From Haliotis rubra (Eukaryota), in the NCBI RefSeq assembly GCF_003918875.1, contig NW_025765333.1:62001-126000 (forward strand): a stretch of DNA of 64,000 bases, written 5' to 3'. Positions 13,206-27,467 of this stretch are shown here, piece after piece; the first letter of the stretch is position 1, and every line of letters begins with the position of its first letter. Both the position numbers and the translations under genes were made by a program. The notes beneath the pieces are model-generated. The model was not told the origin of the DNA, ran no database searches, and saw nothing but the letters and a program-made list of their open reading frames with translations.

Positions 13206-13579
13206 CATAAAAAATATAATACATACTATAATGTATCTGTGTGTAAATATGATTATATATATGTGTGTATATGTGTGTCTGTAATAAATGTATTTTACGT
13301 GTGTTTGTGTATTTATCCTGAACATGTATTATTTACATAAATATATCAATATTATATACATGGGTGTTTTAAATCTAAAGTATATAAAAACACATACATG
13401 TAATACATATTTAATACCTCACTTGATGATATACAGGCTGCCTAGGCACAAAAAGGCAAAAGGAGAAGTGAAAACTAAAGTCGGCATTGTACCACTACAG
13501 CATATATAGCTGATGCATGCCTCAATGTTTACAACTTTTGCTAAATGTAGTCTTCCTCAGCTGACTGTATTATATATCA

Positions 13580-13860
13580 CAAATTGGAGCTAAATATCAT
13601 AGATAAGGAAGCTGCCTCTGATTGTGTAAACGATATCACAGTAGAACATGTACACTGTTGCTCTTTAAATATCATAGATAGAGAAGCTGATCTGATTGTG
13701 CAAACAAGGTCACAGTAGAATATATTCATAATAACTCTTTGACTATCATATACCTCTTTGACTATCATAGATAAGAATACTGTATCTGATTATGTAAACA
13801 ATATCACAGTAAAAGATATACACAGTTGCTGTTTAAATATCATAGATAAGGAAACCTTAA
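13580..13860. repeat. 75-bp minisatellite, ~3.5 units, downstream of EGF copy 2
   Basis: Unit ATCATAGATAAGGAAGCTG..TGATTGTGTAAAC..CACAGTAGAA. Confidence 0.75.
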
Positions 13861-14357
13861 CTGACTGCAAAACATTCCCTTGTAGAATCTGCAAAGAATA
13901 AGTTGATATCGCAGTAACAACCCAATGAATAGAACGCATTTTCACCTCTAGGAAATGTCGTGACCTCAAGAAACACCCACCTAAAGAAAACTGGAAGCTG
14001 GAAGCTGCTATGTACATATGGTATAATTCCATCAGGAAACACTTGTGCTACTGAAACGTTCTTTAAGTTCAAAAATAGAACATTGATGTTTTAATATATA
14101 ATTTAGTTATCGGGTGAAGAAATCCTTTCTGCAATCAATTTGGAACCTTAAGAAATAAAGCCACTGGACTAGATCACCTTAAAACGATTATTTAATTATT
14201 CAGCACATTTAATACCATTCCTAACTTATGAACCGCTAAAATATATAGAGTATTTCGTAACTTAGTAAAGAACATGTACCAGAGTGTACTGTTCTTAAAT
14301 CTTGGCATTTGGAAACGCTCACTAGAAAATTTCCTAAACTTGCATTCAACACCAAAC

Positions 14358-14787
14358 TATACTTCCCATCAAAAGTTTAGACTCACTTAAAACACTCACT
14401 ATACGTTATGCGCATATATATGGTTATATCGAGGATTGATTTCTCCACTAACTTGAGGGAACCAACTGTAAACCTCATGCAGATGAATTGCACACGGATC
14501 GCGCATCAAATTTCAAAAGTATCAGCAAATAGTGTGCATATGAACAGATGCATTTTGATGTAAAGCTGTGTGAAGAATTCGCCAATTTTCACTATTTTTT
14601 ATCGTTTATTGAACTCATCAAAATAACCTTTTTAACGTTACGAATTTGTTTTACAATACACCAGTTCACGTGTAAACAGTACCTTTAAACATTCTGGAAT
14701 ATTTTGCAAAATTTGGTTTAGAACCGTAAGCCTAAAGTAAGTTTCTATATTTACACTAGTGATTCTAAGCTTTTGATGGGAAGTATA
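14358..14787. mobile_element. Tc1/mariner-type MITE
   Basis: TIRs TATACTTCCCATCAAAAG.TTAGA / TCTAA.CTTTTGATGGGAAGTATA. Also at 26317-26710; empty site at ~42830. Confidence 0.8.
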
Positions 14788-14974
14788 TATTATTTATGGA
14801 AAAAATCAGATTGGAACCCCTCTATATAAAACATGTACAAGCGTATTATTCTATTCTGGCATAAAATGGCAAATCATAAGATACTCAAGAATAATCTCCT
14901 TATCATAACACCTGGTGTGCTGAAGCTAGACACCTAGCAAAGGGAACTTTACAAGCCAAGTTAACATGCCTCTG

Positions 14975-17900
14975 TTAATAACACTCGATTTGAGTCATGT
15001 GCATAACAAGAAGGAAGGAAAACAAAGTATATGTGTAGGTGTGTGAGCCGCTTGATCCTGATGATGTGTCTGTGTCACCAGCATTGTGTGAGTCGTCTGT
15101 AGGATCCGACACTCTCTTGGTAACACTGTTAGACATACAGACGCCATCATCATCACATGCGTGGCAGCCGCTGGGACATCGGAGTCCGCAATTCTCTCCT
15201 CTCCATCCGTCTTGACAAAATCTGCATCTCCCATACTGGTCACATTCACCATTTGTACAATTGATACATTTCCTGTGGCAGTGATTTCCATGGTAACCCC
15301 TTACACAGCCGTGGGTACACGAACCATCTTGACTGGCACACAGTGATTCCTTGCACGTTGTACTGCACGGTGTCAGACAGTGTTTGCCATGCCAACCAGA
15401 CTTACAGCCATCTAAACAGGCATCATCATGGCTGTAACAACGAGACGAGTTGCAGGAGGTGCTGCACCGAGTGGCGCAACGATGACCGTGCCATCCTACT
15501 ACACAACCCTCCAGACAGTTACCGGTATAACGATCGCAGTGCCTGTGCCCATCCCTGCCTCTGTAGCATGTTTCAGAACAGTTGTTGTTACAGTGTCTTC
15601 CATGATACCCTGGGCTACACTCTTCACATATACCTGATCCTCTGTCACAACCAGAGGTCCAACATCGAGGGCACGTTTTGTCGCACATGTTTCCATAGAA
15701 ACCCGGCTTGCAACCATGGAGACAGTATCCGGTCCAGCTGCATCTTGTATTGAGACAAGTATCACATGTTCTGTTGCAGTACTCTCCTGTCCAATTTTTC
15801 TGACATCCAAGGATACATTGGCCTGTTTCTTTGTTACAGACTTGATCCTTGCAGTGTTCACCAGTCAATCCTCCATCACAGGTTTCCGAACAGGCACCAG
15901 TATGGCGGTCACAGATAGTCGTGACCGTTGTGATGCTCGAACATCTTCTCGGACAAGCGACATTACAGTCTCGTCCATAATACCCTTGCTTGCATGTGAA
16001 ACATTCCCCAGTGACTCTGTTACACCCGTCTGTGTGACAGTTGTCATTACATGGGATGGTGCAGTTTGCTCCATAGCAACCAACGTCGCATGACTGACAT
16101 TTTAGTCCACCGTTTCCATGTCGACATCCATCAGCTAAGCACGATGAGGAAGTGGCCCCAACTGAAATGTGTCATATTATATATGTGTTATAATGCATTA
16201 CCAAACGTATAGAGAGTTTTATAACTCTGCGTATTTTAATAGACCTACCCATTCTATCAATTGGAACTGTCGTAAGCGCCACTTAACTGGTATGTCAATC
16301 ATAAGGCCGGGTACACTCTGCGGATTTGTCAGAGAAACCTCAAACGCGGCCAGGGACTTGTAACAATAATAGATATACCAAACACCAAGGTTGATCTCAG
16401 CACTGTGAACACGGAATAGGTATGTAACAATGTATATACCCCCATAACACTATACACTCGTTTGAATAAGAAAGACATTTTTCAGTTTAATTTGTTTCCT
16501 ATAATTGTATTTAATGCAAGTTAATTTATGGGACGTAATACAGATTGTCTGTTCATATATATATATATTCTCTCCCCAAAAAGAAACGAATCATGAAAAT
16601 AGCAATTTAATGTAGCAATGAATTAAAACGTGATTCATTTGACAAAAGGTTTTGCTCTGTTTATGAGTCCTATGGTGTTTATGTTTTGAAACATCACAAT
16701 AAAACGCACCATCCGTAAAATACCCGTATTTAACAGCATGATTTTCAATTTCGGCGTGTAGTGTCACAGTATACACAATTCACATGCAATGCATGTGACA
16801 GTTGGGGATCCGATAGTCTCAATGATGGGTATAAAAGGTTGATCGCTGTCTGTGGATTATTCACTGTATTTGGAATATTGTTGACGAACGCAAAATGCCA
16901 CGTCTAAGTGAAGCCAACCGTCATATCGCCATTGGTTTGCTTGAAGCTGGCCAGTCTCAACGTGCAGTTGCCCGACGCATGAATGTTCACCAAAGCACCA
17001 TTTCACGGCTCTGGGAGAGATATCGGCGGCAGAATGCGGTAGCAGATGCCCCTCGTAGTGGGCGACCTCGAGCGACCACTGCGGCGCAGGATCGCTACAT
17101 CCGGGTACATCACCTGCGTCATCGAACAGCTACGGCGACCAGTACCGCTCGACAAATACCCGGATTGAGACCGTCAGGAACAGGTTGAGAGAGGCTGGTT
17201 TACGTGCCAGAAGACCTTATTTTGGCCCTGTGCTTCGACAACAACATCGTCGACATCGAGTTCAATGGTGCACCAACGTTCAGGCCTGGAATCTACCGAA
17301 TTGGCGTAGAATCTGGTTCAGTGATGAATCACGACGGAAACGGAACGACGCGATGGAAGAATGCGGGTGTACAGACGTCGACGTGAACGTTTCGCCGACG
17401 CTTGCGTTCCCCAGGTGGACAGATTCGGCCGGGGCAGTGTTATGATGTGGGGAACGATCACCTGCCGTAGGAGAAGTGATTTGGTGATGATCCAGGGCAA
17501 CCTGACAGCTCAACGGTACTATGACGAAATCCTACGCCCACACCTCCTTCCAATGATTGATCGCCAGAGGGAGTTGTTTCAACAGGACAATGCCAGGCCC
17601 CACACAGCACGTCACACTAGAGACTTCCTCCAGAACCACAACATCAATGTGCTCCCCTGGCCCTCAAGATCACCGGACTTAAAGCCGATCGAACATCTGT
17701 GGGATGCCCTGGACAGACGGGTGCGACGCCGTAATCCTAAGCCCCAGACACTTCAGCAACTCGCACAGGCACTACAGGCAGAGTGGGCTGCGATTGGGCA
17801 ACACGAGATTCTGAGACTTATTCGTTCGATGCCGAGGCGATGCCGTGCAGTTCTGGATGCCCACGGTGGTCACACGAGGTATTGACTTCAGCGCCACCAC

Positions 17901-19391
17901 ACGTCTCCATGTGACACTCAAACTGAGTTTCCTCGAGTTGGTGCCAAAGACGGATAAGTCTGTATTCCCCGAGTGGAATTTCGCTATATTTCATTGACTC
18001 ATAAAGCCTACAAGATGTTTCAAAATAAACATAAAAATACAGTTGAAATTCCTATATGCGTTTCTTTTTTGGGAGAGTATATTTCTTCCGTTATTGGTGT
18101 CCCTTTTCATGAAAGATTGTTCCTATTGTTTAGCCGTGACCATGACAACGAACACTGGCTTTTCGGTTTGTCTAATATTCTGGAAGTGTGACCACAGATT
18201 TGTATCTAATTTTGGAATTCCAAACTAAGTGACCTTGACAAACAAATAGTTAAAACATGATTTGTTCAAACTTCCGAATTTTGCTCGTATACGCTCATTA
18301 AATGCCTACATTGTTTAGGATGGCAAATGTTAAAATGTAGAGGAGTGAGTTCTGCTTCTGATTTTAAGCTTATTATTAGCCATAGAGTAGTAAATTCCTG
18401 GTGAATTGCCGGATCTGATGTTCGTGATTCTTTTTATGAACTATTCTTTTATTTTTATTCATAAGGGTTTTTGGTCTAACTAGGAGAACCAGATATAAAA
18501 CGTAGACAATGTTGTAACTGTTAACTATTTCTGGATATTCAGATAATGTGAAACGTGAAAGTTTACATAAAGTTTACGGAAACTAAAGAACCCCACAATT
18601 TTATAACCCTGCATTAATATTTAGGAATACCAGGAGCTTTAACGTTCAAACACGTCCTACTGCCCTATTTTCATTGTATACCATTATTAAGGTGGTATTA
18701 TGTGGGAACCAAGCTGTGTGATTATTGGTGGATTTCGAAATGACTATTCCATTCACAACGTGATATGAATTTCTGTAGTTATCATACTGAAAGGATGTTA
18801 TCACGCATTACAAGATTGTATAGTTGTCACACAAGATGGTTTACTTTTAGTTATCCATACAGTAGAGATGTAATTACACAACATGCTTTACCTTTAGTTA
18901 TCATACAGTACGGATGTTATTACACAAGATGCTTTACCTTTAGTTATCATACAGTACGGATGTTATTACACATGATGGTTTACCTTTAGTTATCATACAG
19001 TACGGATGTTATTACACAAGATGCTTTACATTGAGTTATCATACAGTAGGGATGTTATTACACAAGATACTTTACCTTTAGTTATCCATACAGTAGGGAT
19101 GTTATTACACAAGATGCTTTACCTGTAGTTATCATACAGTAGGGATGTTATCAGGCATTACAAGATTGTATAGCTGTCACACAAGATGGTTACTTGTAGT
19201 TATCAATCAGAAAAGATGTTATCAGGAATTACAAGAATGTATAGCTGTCACACAAGATCATGTAAGTGAGACTAACAAGAGTGTCGTAAACGTTGCAGTA
19301 CAAAGGTAGCGTATACTGAGGATTTTGAATACTTACCAACACAACGGCTAAAACAAATAAGTAAGAGGATGAGGAGTCTTTCCACTGGCAT
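14975..19391 (-). CDS. EGF-repeat (MEGF/SCARF-like) secreted or GPI-anchored protein, copy 2, intact, ~413 aa
   Basis: Exon 1 19391-19337 encodes MPVERLLILLLICFSRCV followed by G|GTAAGT. Exon 2 16161-14975 follows TTTCAG, is phase-1 compatible and open throughout. ~10 G-x-x-G-x-x-C EGF-like repeats and a hydrophobic tail YTYTLFSFLLVM. Confidence 0.85.
16567..18079 (+). mobile_element. Tc1-family (DD34E) transposon in the intron of copy 2
   Basis: Same left junction as 792-2298. FSDES, QQDNARPH and SPDLKPIE, with 34 residues between the second D and E. Small deletions cause frameshifts. Confidence 0.95.
18775..19260. repeat. ~46-bp intronic minisatellite
   Basis: Unit TAGTTATCATACAGTA(C/G)GGATGTTATTACACAAGATGCTTTACCTT repeated ~9 times. 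Confidence 0.85.
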
Positions 19392-19539
19392 CACTGACTG
19401 CTGTATACTGCTTGTCTTGAGTCATGAATGATGTGCGCCAACCTGGGAATAACATAATGCGCAGGGTCTTTCGGTTTTACCACGTTTCAACATACATGAC
19501 AGTGAGACATTCAAACCGCACAAGGACACAATGGGCACT

Positions 19540-19770
19540 GAGGCATGCAGTGCAGGTATTTATGTGAAGTATTGTGCACTGATGTAGAGACACTGCTAGA
19601 TTGTTTAGTTTAGGTTTTTTGTTAGATGTTTTGAAATTAGACTGTGACACAGGATGCAACGGTCATGGGGTATTTTGGAACATGACTCAGTGAGCGAGAA
19701 TCGCGTTCAGCAAAGCAGGTTGTCAACGTCACATGTTGTAAACAGTGACACAACAGGCCTAGTCTTATAG
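19540..19770 (-). promoter_or_regulatory. Putative promoter block of EGF copy 2 (homolog ~45830-46035)
   Basis: Non-coding block conserved upstream of both intact exon 1 copies. Contains a TATA-like CATAAATA/TATAAATA, and TGACTCA at ~19683 in copy 2. Confidence 0.4.
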
Positions 19771-20576
19771 GACATGTCGCCGGATGTATTTCCCCATACA
19801 TTTGCGTATCTCTAACTTTATTCCTCTCTGCTCATTTACGAGCGCTTCTTCTATCACTCTTACTCTGGTTGTAATACCAGTAGTATCTCGTGCATTACCT
19901 GTTCCGTGACATCTCGTGCATTACCTGTTCCGTGACGTAGGCATCTTCATATTTGCCACTTCATGTCACGCCACGGCCATACGTCGTATTCTATTGATGT
20001 CCATATATGTATTTTACAGGTATGTACCTTTTCTGTCTACTTTCTTTGTCATCCTCTAAACGTATTATCATAAAGGTGCGCGATATCATAGTATTTATAA
20101 TATCTATTATATTTCTATTATAAGGCATCGCGTTGCACGAAATTACTAATTAAACACTGGCACCAGCACGTAAGTAAATGTGAGTGATGTCTGCTTCCTT
20201 TAATTTGCTCATAATATTCAAAGTGCAATATTACATAAAATGCTGTAAAGACCATTTTATAAATGGTAAAATGCGTGCAATCTCCATATTTGCCACTTCA
20301 TGTCACGCCACGGCGGAGGTGAGTTGATTCACCCCTAGGCCATACATCATATTCTATTGATGTCCATATATGTATTTTACAGAATAAACAGATTTTTATC
20401 AACTACGCCTCAGTCCGATTTATCAGCGGCCAGGACACGCGACAGACACAACAATTAACTGTGGATTTGTGCGTTCTTTGGGCAAGTCAGTACGTTTTAA
20501 ACATGGGTGGCATCCCGATTCTCCCCTTTTGTGTTTCTAGGTTCGACGGCACCATACACATGTTGTAAAACTATAC

Positions 20577-21109
20577 AAACTAGTGCGCAAAAGAAAGTGA
20601 ACACCTTCATTAATGATCGATAAAATCAAAGCAAAACATACAGTGTTTTTAAGTGATAGTACATTTAATGAAGCCAGCATGTGGGACAATGCACCCACAG
20701 TGTCTATGATAAACTCCTTACAGATAAAGAGCACGTGTCATTTAATGGACAGAGGGCTAGGAATAGCACAGTTCACAGACACAACAAGAGTCAATCATGG
20801 AATGTCTTCATCATGTCAAGTCTCTGGTCACGCATAAACATCCTTAGTAACGAGTGTGACTACCTCTAACAGCAATACACGCCCCGACTCGCTGTGTCAT
20901 CGATGTCGTCAGCCGCCGAATGACGTCATTCGGAATCCCACCATAAACCACTCGTTCCCGAGAGCGTCTTCAAGTTCTTGTCGGTTCGCTGGGGGCCGTA
21001 ATCGTCTTCTCACCTAGCCGTTTCAGCCTAAAAGAATTTTACTAACTTGGACAACTGTGCCAAAAATTCAAAATAAAAAGTGTTCACTTTCTTTTGCCCA
21101 TGACTTTAT
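20577..21109 (-). mobile_element. Internally deleted Tc1-like element
   Basis: TIRs GCAAAAGAAAGTGAACAC / GTGTTCACTTTCTTTTGC and a transposase C-terminal remnant. Absent at the homologous site ~46165. Confidence 0.8.
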
Positions 21110-21779
21110 ATTCTAATAATCTGAATGATTCATTGAAGTTTGTACTCTACCAGAAAGTTGACGAACTATCAGGCTATTACACAGCACTAGAGTGCAGTGT
21201 CGCCCATGATCACCGGAAGCACATTGACTGAGCTTACTGAGCTGCATCCCATGAGTGACGGAATCCCATGACCACTGGTTGAAACATTCGCACTGTGCTC
21301 TTTCAAAGTCCGAAATTCAAATCAGAAACAGAAAATTAAGATAAAGAAAACTGAATGACAAGAGTTTTCATAGATCACATTTATATTGAAGGTAATCCAA
21401 GGGTTCATTGTGTGACTAAAACAGATTTCGTTCCAAAGTCGGGTACAATGGGTACATAATGTGTGAAACCTATTTCTGGTGTTCCCAGCCGTGATATTGC
21501 TGGAATATTGCTAAAAGTGCGTAAAACCATACTCACTCACTCACTCACTCACTACATCAGTGCTGCTCTTGCCATCGTTCAGGGTAAATGTATACAGTAT
21601 CGAATGTGTGGAGTCTCTATTTTTCAAACCCCAGAGGGAGGTCGGGTAGTCTAGTGGTTACAGCGTTTGCTCATCACACTGAGGACCTGGGTTCGATTCC
21701 CCACATGGGTACAATGTGTGAAGCCCATTTCTAGTGTCCCCGGCCGTGATACTGATGGAATATTGCTAAAAGCGGTGTA

Positions 21780-22662
21780 CGAGGGGGTATCAAAAAGTTC
21801 CAATTATCCCCAAGAAGTTATTGCGCAATCAGGATAAAATTTTGACTGTAACATCAGTGATCCTTATCTAGTTAATGGACCAAGTCCTATCTACTTCCCT
21901 ACATTCAATCTTGTGCTAGTTGATCATACACACCAGTACCCCTAAGTATGGCGCAGATTAATTTAGTTCTTGCACTTGATGGGCTGCACTGCACGACAAA
22001 TTCACGATGAGATGAAATCTGTTTAAGGTGGTGATAACCCATCCTATGACACTGTTGTGACATTGAAAAGGAATTTTTCCAAACTGTCACATGTCCCTCA
22101 CAGATGAGCCAAGAAGTGGACGCCCCTCACTTACCGATGATATGGACACCCTGAACAAAGTCGAGGCGCTGGTTCAGGAAGATCGCCGTGTAACAATACA
22201 AATGGTTATGCATGTGACCGACTTGAGCTATGGCAGTGTATGGAACATCATTCATAACCAACTGCACATGTCCGAAGTGTCAGCACGTTGGGTTCCTCGC
22301 TTACTGACTCATCTTCAAAAACAGACTCGACGGGACATGCCACGACAGGCATTGGAGCTTCTGTAGCAGGGTGAAGAGGATTTCTTCAGATGTCTTGTAA
22401 CCATGGACGAATGTTGGGTCTATTTGTATGATCCTGACACAAAAGAGATGAGTAAAGAGTGGACACGTGCCACGTCACCACCTCCGGAAAGGGCCAAGGT
22501 GCATGAAATCAGGGGACCTCTATTCAGCCGGTCTGCGCAAGAAACGGGGGCAGAAATGTGTAACTCGGGATGGTGACTCTGAAAAGAACTCATAAGGACA
22601 TGACAGCAAAATAAAGTTTGAATAAGTCTTGGTGATAATTAGAGCTTTTTGATATCCCCTCG
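21780..22662 (+). mobile_element. Mariner-family transposon, internally deleted, inserted in a SINE tail
   Basis: TA TSD; TIRs CGAGGGG.TATCAAAAAG / CTTTTTGATATCCCCTCG; motifs EPRSGRP, ARWVPRLLT, VTMDECWV. Empty site at ~9610. Confidence 0.9.
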
Positions 22663-23724
22663 TAAAACGCAATCCACTCACTACTCACTACTGATCAATG
22701 CATTTAAGATGACGTTATGTATACATATGTCGCACAATATATTAAACAGCTTTGATATTGATATTGCCATGATATTGCTGGAATATTGATAAAAGCTGCG
22801 TAAAACCATACTCACTCACTCTTTCCAATTGCCGAATTGGCTTTGATGCGATTATGTCGCCAAATATACATAGCCGTAAAGATGCAGGTTAGAATTGGGA
22901 CTTCACAGATCTTTAATGGTTGTTCAAAATGTGTCGCTATATATTCGGACTTTACTGTAGCGTAATACACGGGGACCCTGCGTCTCACTTATTGTTATTT
23001 ATTTATAGTAAATTATGTGTGTATATGTAGTTGTGAGCGTGTAGGACATGTGACACATTTGAGGCAGCATATCAAAAGATCCAAATTAGAAGTCGTATTG
23101 CCTGTATGAGAATTTAAATTCTTGATTTAAAATCGGACTAGACCCTGAACAAAAGAATACTACAACAGCCAGTGTGGACGATATCATATGTAACATGTCA
23201 TAGGTTTCGAATTACACTTTCCTAGTAAAGTATTCTAGTACTTTTGTTAGGTTTAGTCAGCTACATCACGGCAGGGGTAAATCGGATTCACACACTGTGT
23301 CAACGATTAAGTGAGTGAGTATGGTTTTATGCTGCTTTTAGCAATATTCCAGCAATATAAAGTTGGGGGGACACCATAAATGGGCTTCACACATTGTACT
23401 CATGTGGGGAATCGAACGCGAGTCTTCGGTGTGACGTTTTAACCACTAGGCTACCCCACCGTCCCGTCAACGTTTATATCTCCAGATTATCCCATTTTGC
23501 ATCCCTAAGAATGATCAATTTCTGGACCCACAAATCTGAAGTACTTAGCAATATTACTAAATCAGTTCGTGTGGCCTCAGTATAGGAATAAAAATAGACA
23601 TTGCATAGACGTTCAATATAACTGTAACGCTGATCAGTGTGACCCTGCAGTTCCTGGTCCATGTGTACGTAGGTATCAGTGGTATAGTATCACAGCATTT
23701 AGTTTGGTATTCTTGTACAACAAG

Positions 23725-23889
23725 GGGCGGTGGGGTAGCCTAATGGTTAAAGCGTTGGCTCGTCACGCCGAAGACCCGGGTTCGAATCCCCACATGGGCA
23801 CAATGTGTGAAGCCCATTTCTGGTGTCCCCCGCCGTGATGTTGCTGGAATATTGCTAAAAGCGGCGTAAAACCAAACTCAGTCAGTCAG
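23725..23889 (+). mobile_element. Full-length young tRNA-derived SINE
   Basis: Intact A/B boxes. 14-bp TSD TCTTGTACAACAAG (23711-23724, 23890-23903). Empty site at ~10944. Confidence 0.92.
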
Positions 23890-24041
23890 TCTTGTACAAC
23901 AAGTGATAAACAGAAATACCATGATCATTTCTTAGATTCGAGTGAAGTTCTAAAATACGGAAGGAAGTTGCATTTATTAACGTGTTGATTATCGTTTTCT
24001 CACAGAAAAGGGTCCGTTTCATAAAAAACACCTTAACACAT

Positions 24042-24175
24042 NNNNNNNNNNNNNNNNNNNNNNNNNNNNNNNNNNNNNNNNNNNNNNNNNNNNNNNNNNN
24101 NNNNNNNNNNNNNNNNNNNNNNNNNNNNNNNNNNNNNNNNNNNNNNNNNNNNNNNNNNNNNNNNNNNNNNNNNNN
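24042..24175. other. Assembly gap
   Basis: Run of N. Confidence 1.
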
Positions 24176-25354
24176 GAGTCAGTAGGTGAGTGAGTCATCA
24201 CTGGTGAATGGAGGCTATGTGAGGCTAAGAGGACAACTGTGTATTCCCCAGGAATGATGAACATATTTCCCGAGAAGTGACATTACTGTCGCATTGTGTA
24301 GCGGGGCGTGCACATGAATGCAGGCCACAATAATGAATGTTTTGACTTGGGTATTTCCTGGAATGTGACTTGGAATGTAAGCCTACTGTATATCATATGT
24401 AAGTTTTGTCTAACAGCAATAAGCCTCGTTTCGATCTCCAGCAATCTGCGCGCAAGCCCACGTAATGCAGTTGGCAGTGTTACTGCGATATTGTTAATCA
24501 TGGTTCACAATATAAACCACTAGTATGACTGTTCCAGACTTGATTATATACAAGTCTATGTCATGTATGAATATTAATCAGATGCACATACATGTGTGGG
24601 TGTATACTAGGTTTACATATGACCATATTCGACAAATACATATAGTGATATAATTGGTCTGAGGTACTCTGCATGTCTACAGTTACAACTGTTATTTTGC
24701 AGTCTTCTTCATAAACCGCACAACAGTTTCGGTTTTCCGCCAACAGGCTCCATTTATTATAACCGGTCATCTAATACAAAACACATACCAATAAGCGGAA
24801 CCCAATATTCCGCATCTCACAATATGCGACACGACAACAACGTCAAGAAATGAATGGACGTTCTCATTGAAGGAAGGTCTGTCTATTTAAAGATACATGT
24901 ATATATGTTACAGTCAATGAGTGAAATCAGTTAATTTACAAATTGACTGATTTTACACATTGACTGTAACATACATAAAAAAATATAATACATACTATAA
25001 TGTATCTGTGTGTCAATATGTTTTTATATATATGTGTGTGTATATGTGTGTCTGTAATAAATGTATTTTACGTGTGTTTGTGTATTTATCCTGAACATGT
25101 ATTATTTACATAAATATATAACTATTATATACATGGGTGTTTTAAATCTAAAGTATATAAACACACACACATGTAATAGATATCTAATACCTTACTTGAT
25201 GAGATACAGGCTGTCTAGGCACAAAAAGGCAAAAGGAGAAGTGAAAACTAAACTCGGCATTGTACCACTACAGCATATATAGCTGATGCATGCCTCAATA
25301 TTTACAACTTTTGCTAAATGTAGTCTTCCTCAGCTGACTGTATTATATATCACA

Positions 25355-25830
25355 AACTGGAGCTAAATATCATAGATAAAGGAAGCTGCCTCTGACCGTG
25401 TAAAAAATATTCACAGTAGTATATGTACACAGTTGCTCTTTAGATATCATAGATAAGGAAGCTGATCTGATTGCGTAAAAAAATTCATAGTAGTATATGT
25501 ACACAGTTGCTCTTTGGATATCATAGAATGATAGACAAGCTGATCTGACTGTGTAAATAATTTCACAGTAGAATATGTACACAGTTGCTCTTTAAATATC
25601 ATAGATAAAGAAGCTGATCTGATTATGCAAACAAGTTCACAGTAGAATATGTACATAATAACTCTTTGACTATCATAGATAAGGAAACAGTAATATGTAA
25701 AGAATTCCACAATAGAATATGTACCTCTTTGACTATCATAGATAAGAATAATGTATCTGATTATGTAAACAATATCACAGTAGAAGATATACACAGTTGC
25801 TCTTTAAACATCATAGATAAGGAAACTTTA
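25355..25830. repeat. 75-bp minisatellite, ~6 units, downstream of EGF copy 3
   Basis: Same unit as 13580-13860 and 41605-42255. Confidence 0.8.
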
Positions 25831-26316
25831 ACTGACTGCAAAACATTCCGTTGTAGAAGCTGCAAAGAATAAGTTGATATCGCAGTAACGACCCATTGAA
25901 TAGAACGCATTATCACCTCTAGGAAATGTCGTGACCTCAAGAAACACCCACCTAAAGAAACCTGGAAGCTGGAAGCTGCTATGTACATATGGTATAATTT
26001 CATCAGGAAACACTTGTGCTTCGAAACGTTCTTAAAGTTAAATAATAGAACATTGATGTATTAATATATAATTTAGTTAACGATTAATCAATTTGGAACT
26101 TTAAAGAAATAAACCCACTGGACTAGATCGGCTAAAAACGATTATTTTATTATTCCACACATTTAATACCATTCCTAACTTATGAACTGCTAAACTATAT
26201 AGTGTATTTCGTAACTTAGTAAAGAACATGTACCAGAGTGTATGTACTGTTCTTAAATCTTGGCATTTGGAAACGCTCACTAGAAAATTTCCTAAACTTG
26301 CATTCAACACCAAACT

Positions 26317-26710
26317 ATACTTCCCATCAAAAGTTTAGACTCACTTAAAACACTCACTATACGTTATGCACATATATATGGTTATATCGAGGATTGATTT
26401 CTCCACTAACTTGAGGGAACCAACTGTAAACCTCATGCAGATGAATTGCACACGGATCGCGCCTCAAATTGCTCAAAAGTATGAGCAAATAGTGTGCATA
26501 TGAACAATTTTCACTATTTTTTTAACGTTTATTGACTTCATGACAATAATCTTTTCAACGTTACGAATTTGGTTTACAATACACCAGTTCAAGTGTAAAC
26601 AGTACCTTTAAACATTCTGGAATATTTTGCAAAATTTGGTTTAGAACCGTAAGCCTAAAGTAAGTTTCTATATTTACACTAGTGATTCTAACCTTTGGAT
26701 GGGAAGTATA
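26317..26710. mobile_element. Tc1/mariner-type MITE (paralog of 14358-14787)
   Basis: Same TIRs and insertion site. Confidence 0.8.
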
Positions 26711-27467
26711 TATTATTTATGGAAAACTCAGATTGGAACCCCTCTATATAAAACATGTGCAAACGTGTGATTCTATTATGGCATAAAATGGCAAATCATA
26801 ATGAAACAAATAACTCTTGTAAAAATAGAAAATACCATCAAACAACTGTGGAATCAGTGAAATATTTGTGTTCTTCATCAACCTAGCGTTAGCTTTAGCG
26901 AACAGTATGAAACATTTGTGACCAGTTCCTGCAGAACTGGCACAAGTTTAAGGGCAGCTTGAAGTGTGTGTACTATAAGATGGTTAAAGAAAACATAACA
27001 TTGAAAAAACCTTTATCTACCTAAAAACGTCAATCTCGATACAAGTTGAAAAAAATGTTTATCCAGTACGAGAGAAAAGATATGAAACACTTGTTTAAAT
27101 TCATAAAAACCATAAAACCACAGAAGTGTCGAAGCCGTTCAGAAGCCTGTATGAGATTCCTGTTACATTAATTCTGTCATATTTCATCGAACTCTCATCT
27201 TTATGTATGTATCTTGCCCAATACCCCTGTCATCTAGATTTAATTACTATATGTGAATTTATAATACAATTATAATTGAAAATCTACAAAGTGCTGAAAT
27301 CATTCGTCAAGAGATCACTGCAAAATCTATTTGCCTCGTCAAGGATCACAGAAGCAGCTTCAGGAAACTTTGCATACTTATAGAATAATCTCCTAATCAT
27401 AACACCTGGTGTGCTGAAGCTAAACACCTACATATGCAAAGAGAACTTGGCATCGTTTCAAGCCAAG

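Noticed and set aside
15161-16093. Plus-strand and alternate-frame ORFs over the EGF exons (also 70-321, 27664-28609, 43599-44757)
   Set aside because: Shadow ORFs of the Cys-rich minus-strand frame.
18775-19260. CRISPR-like regular repeats (also the 75-bp arrays)
   Set aside because: Head-to-tail minisatellites with no unique spacers, no cas genes, and a eukaryotic context.
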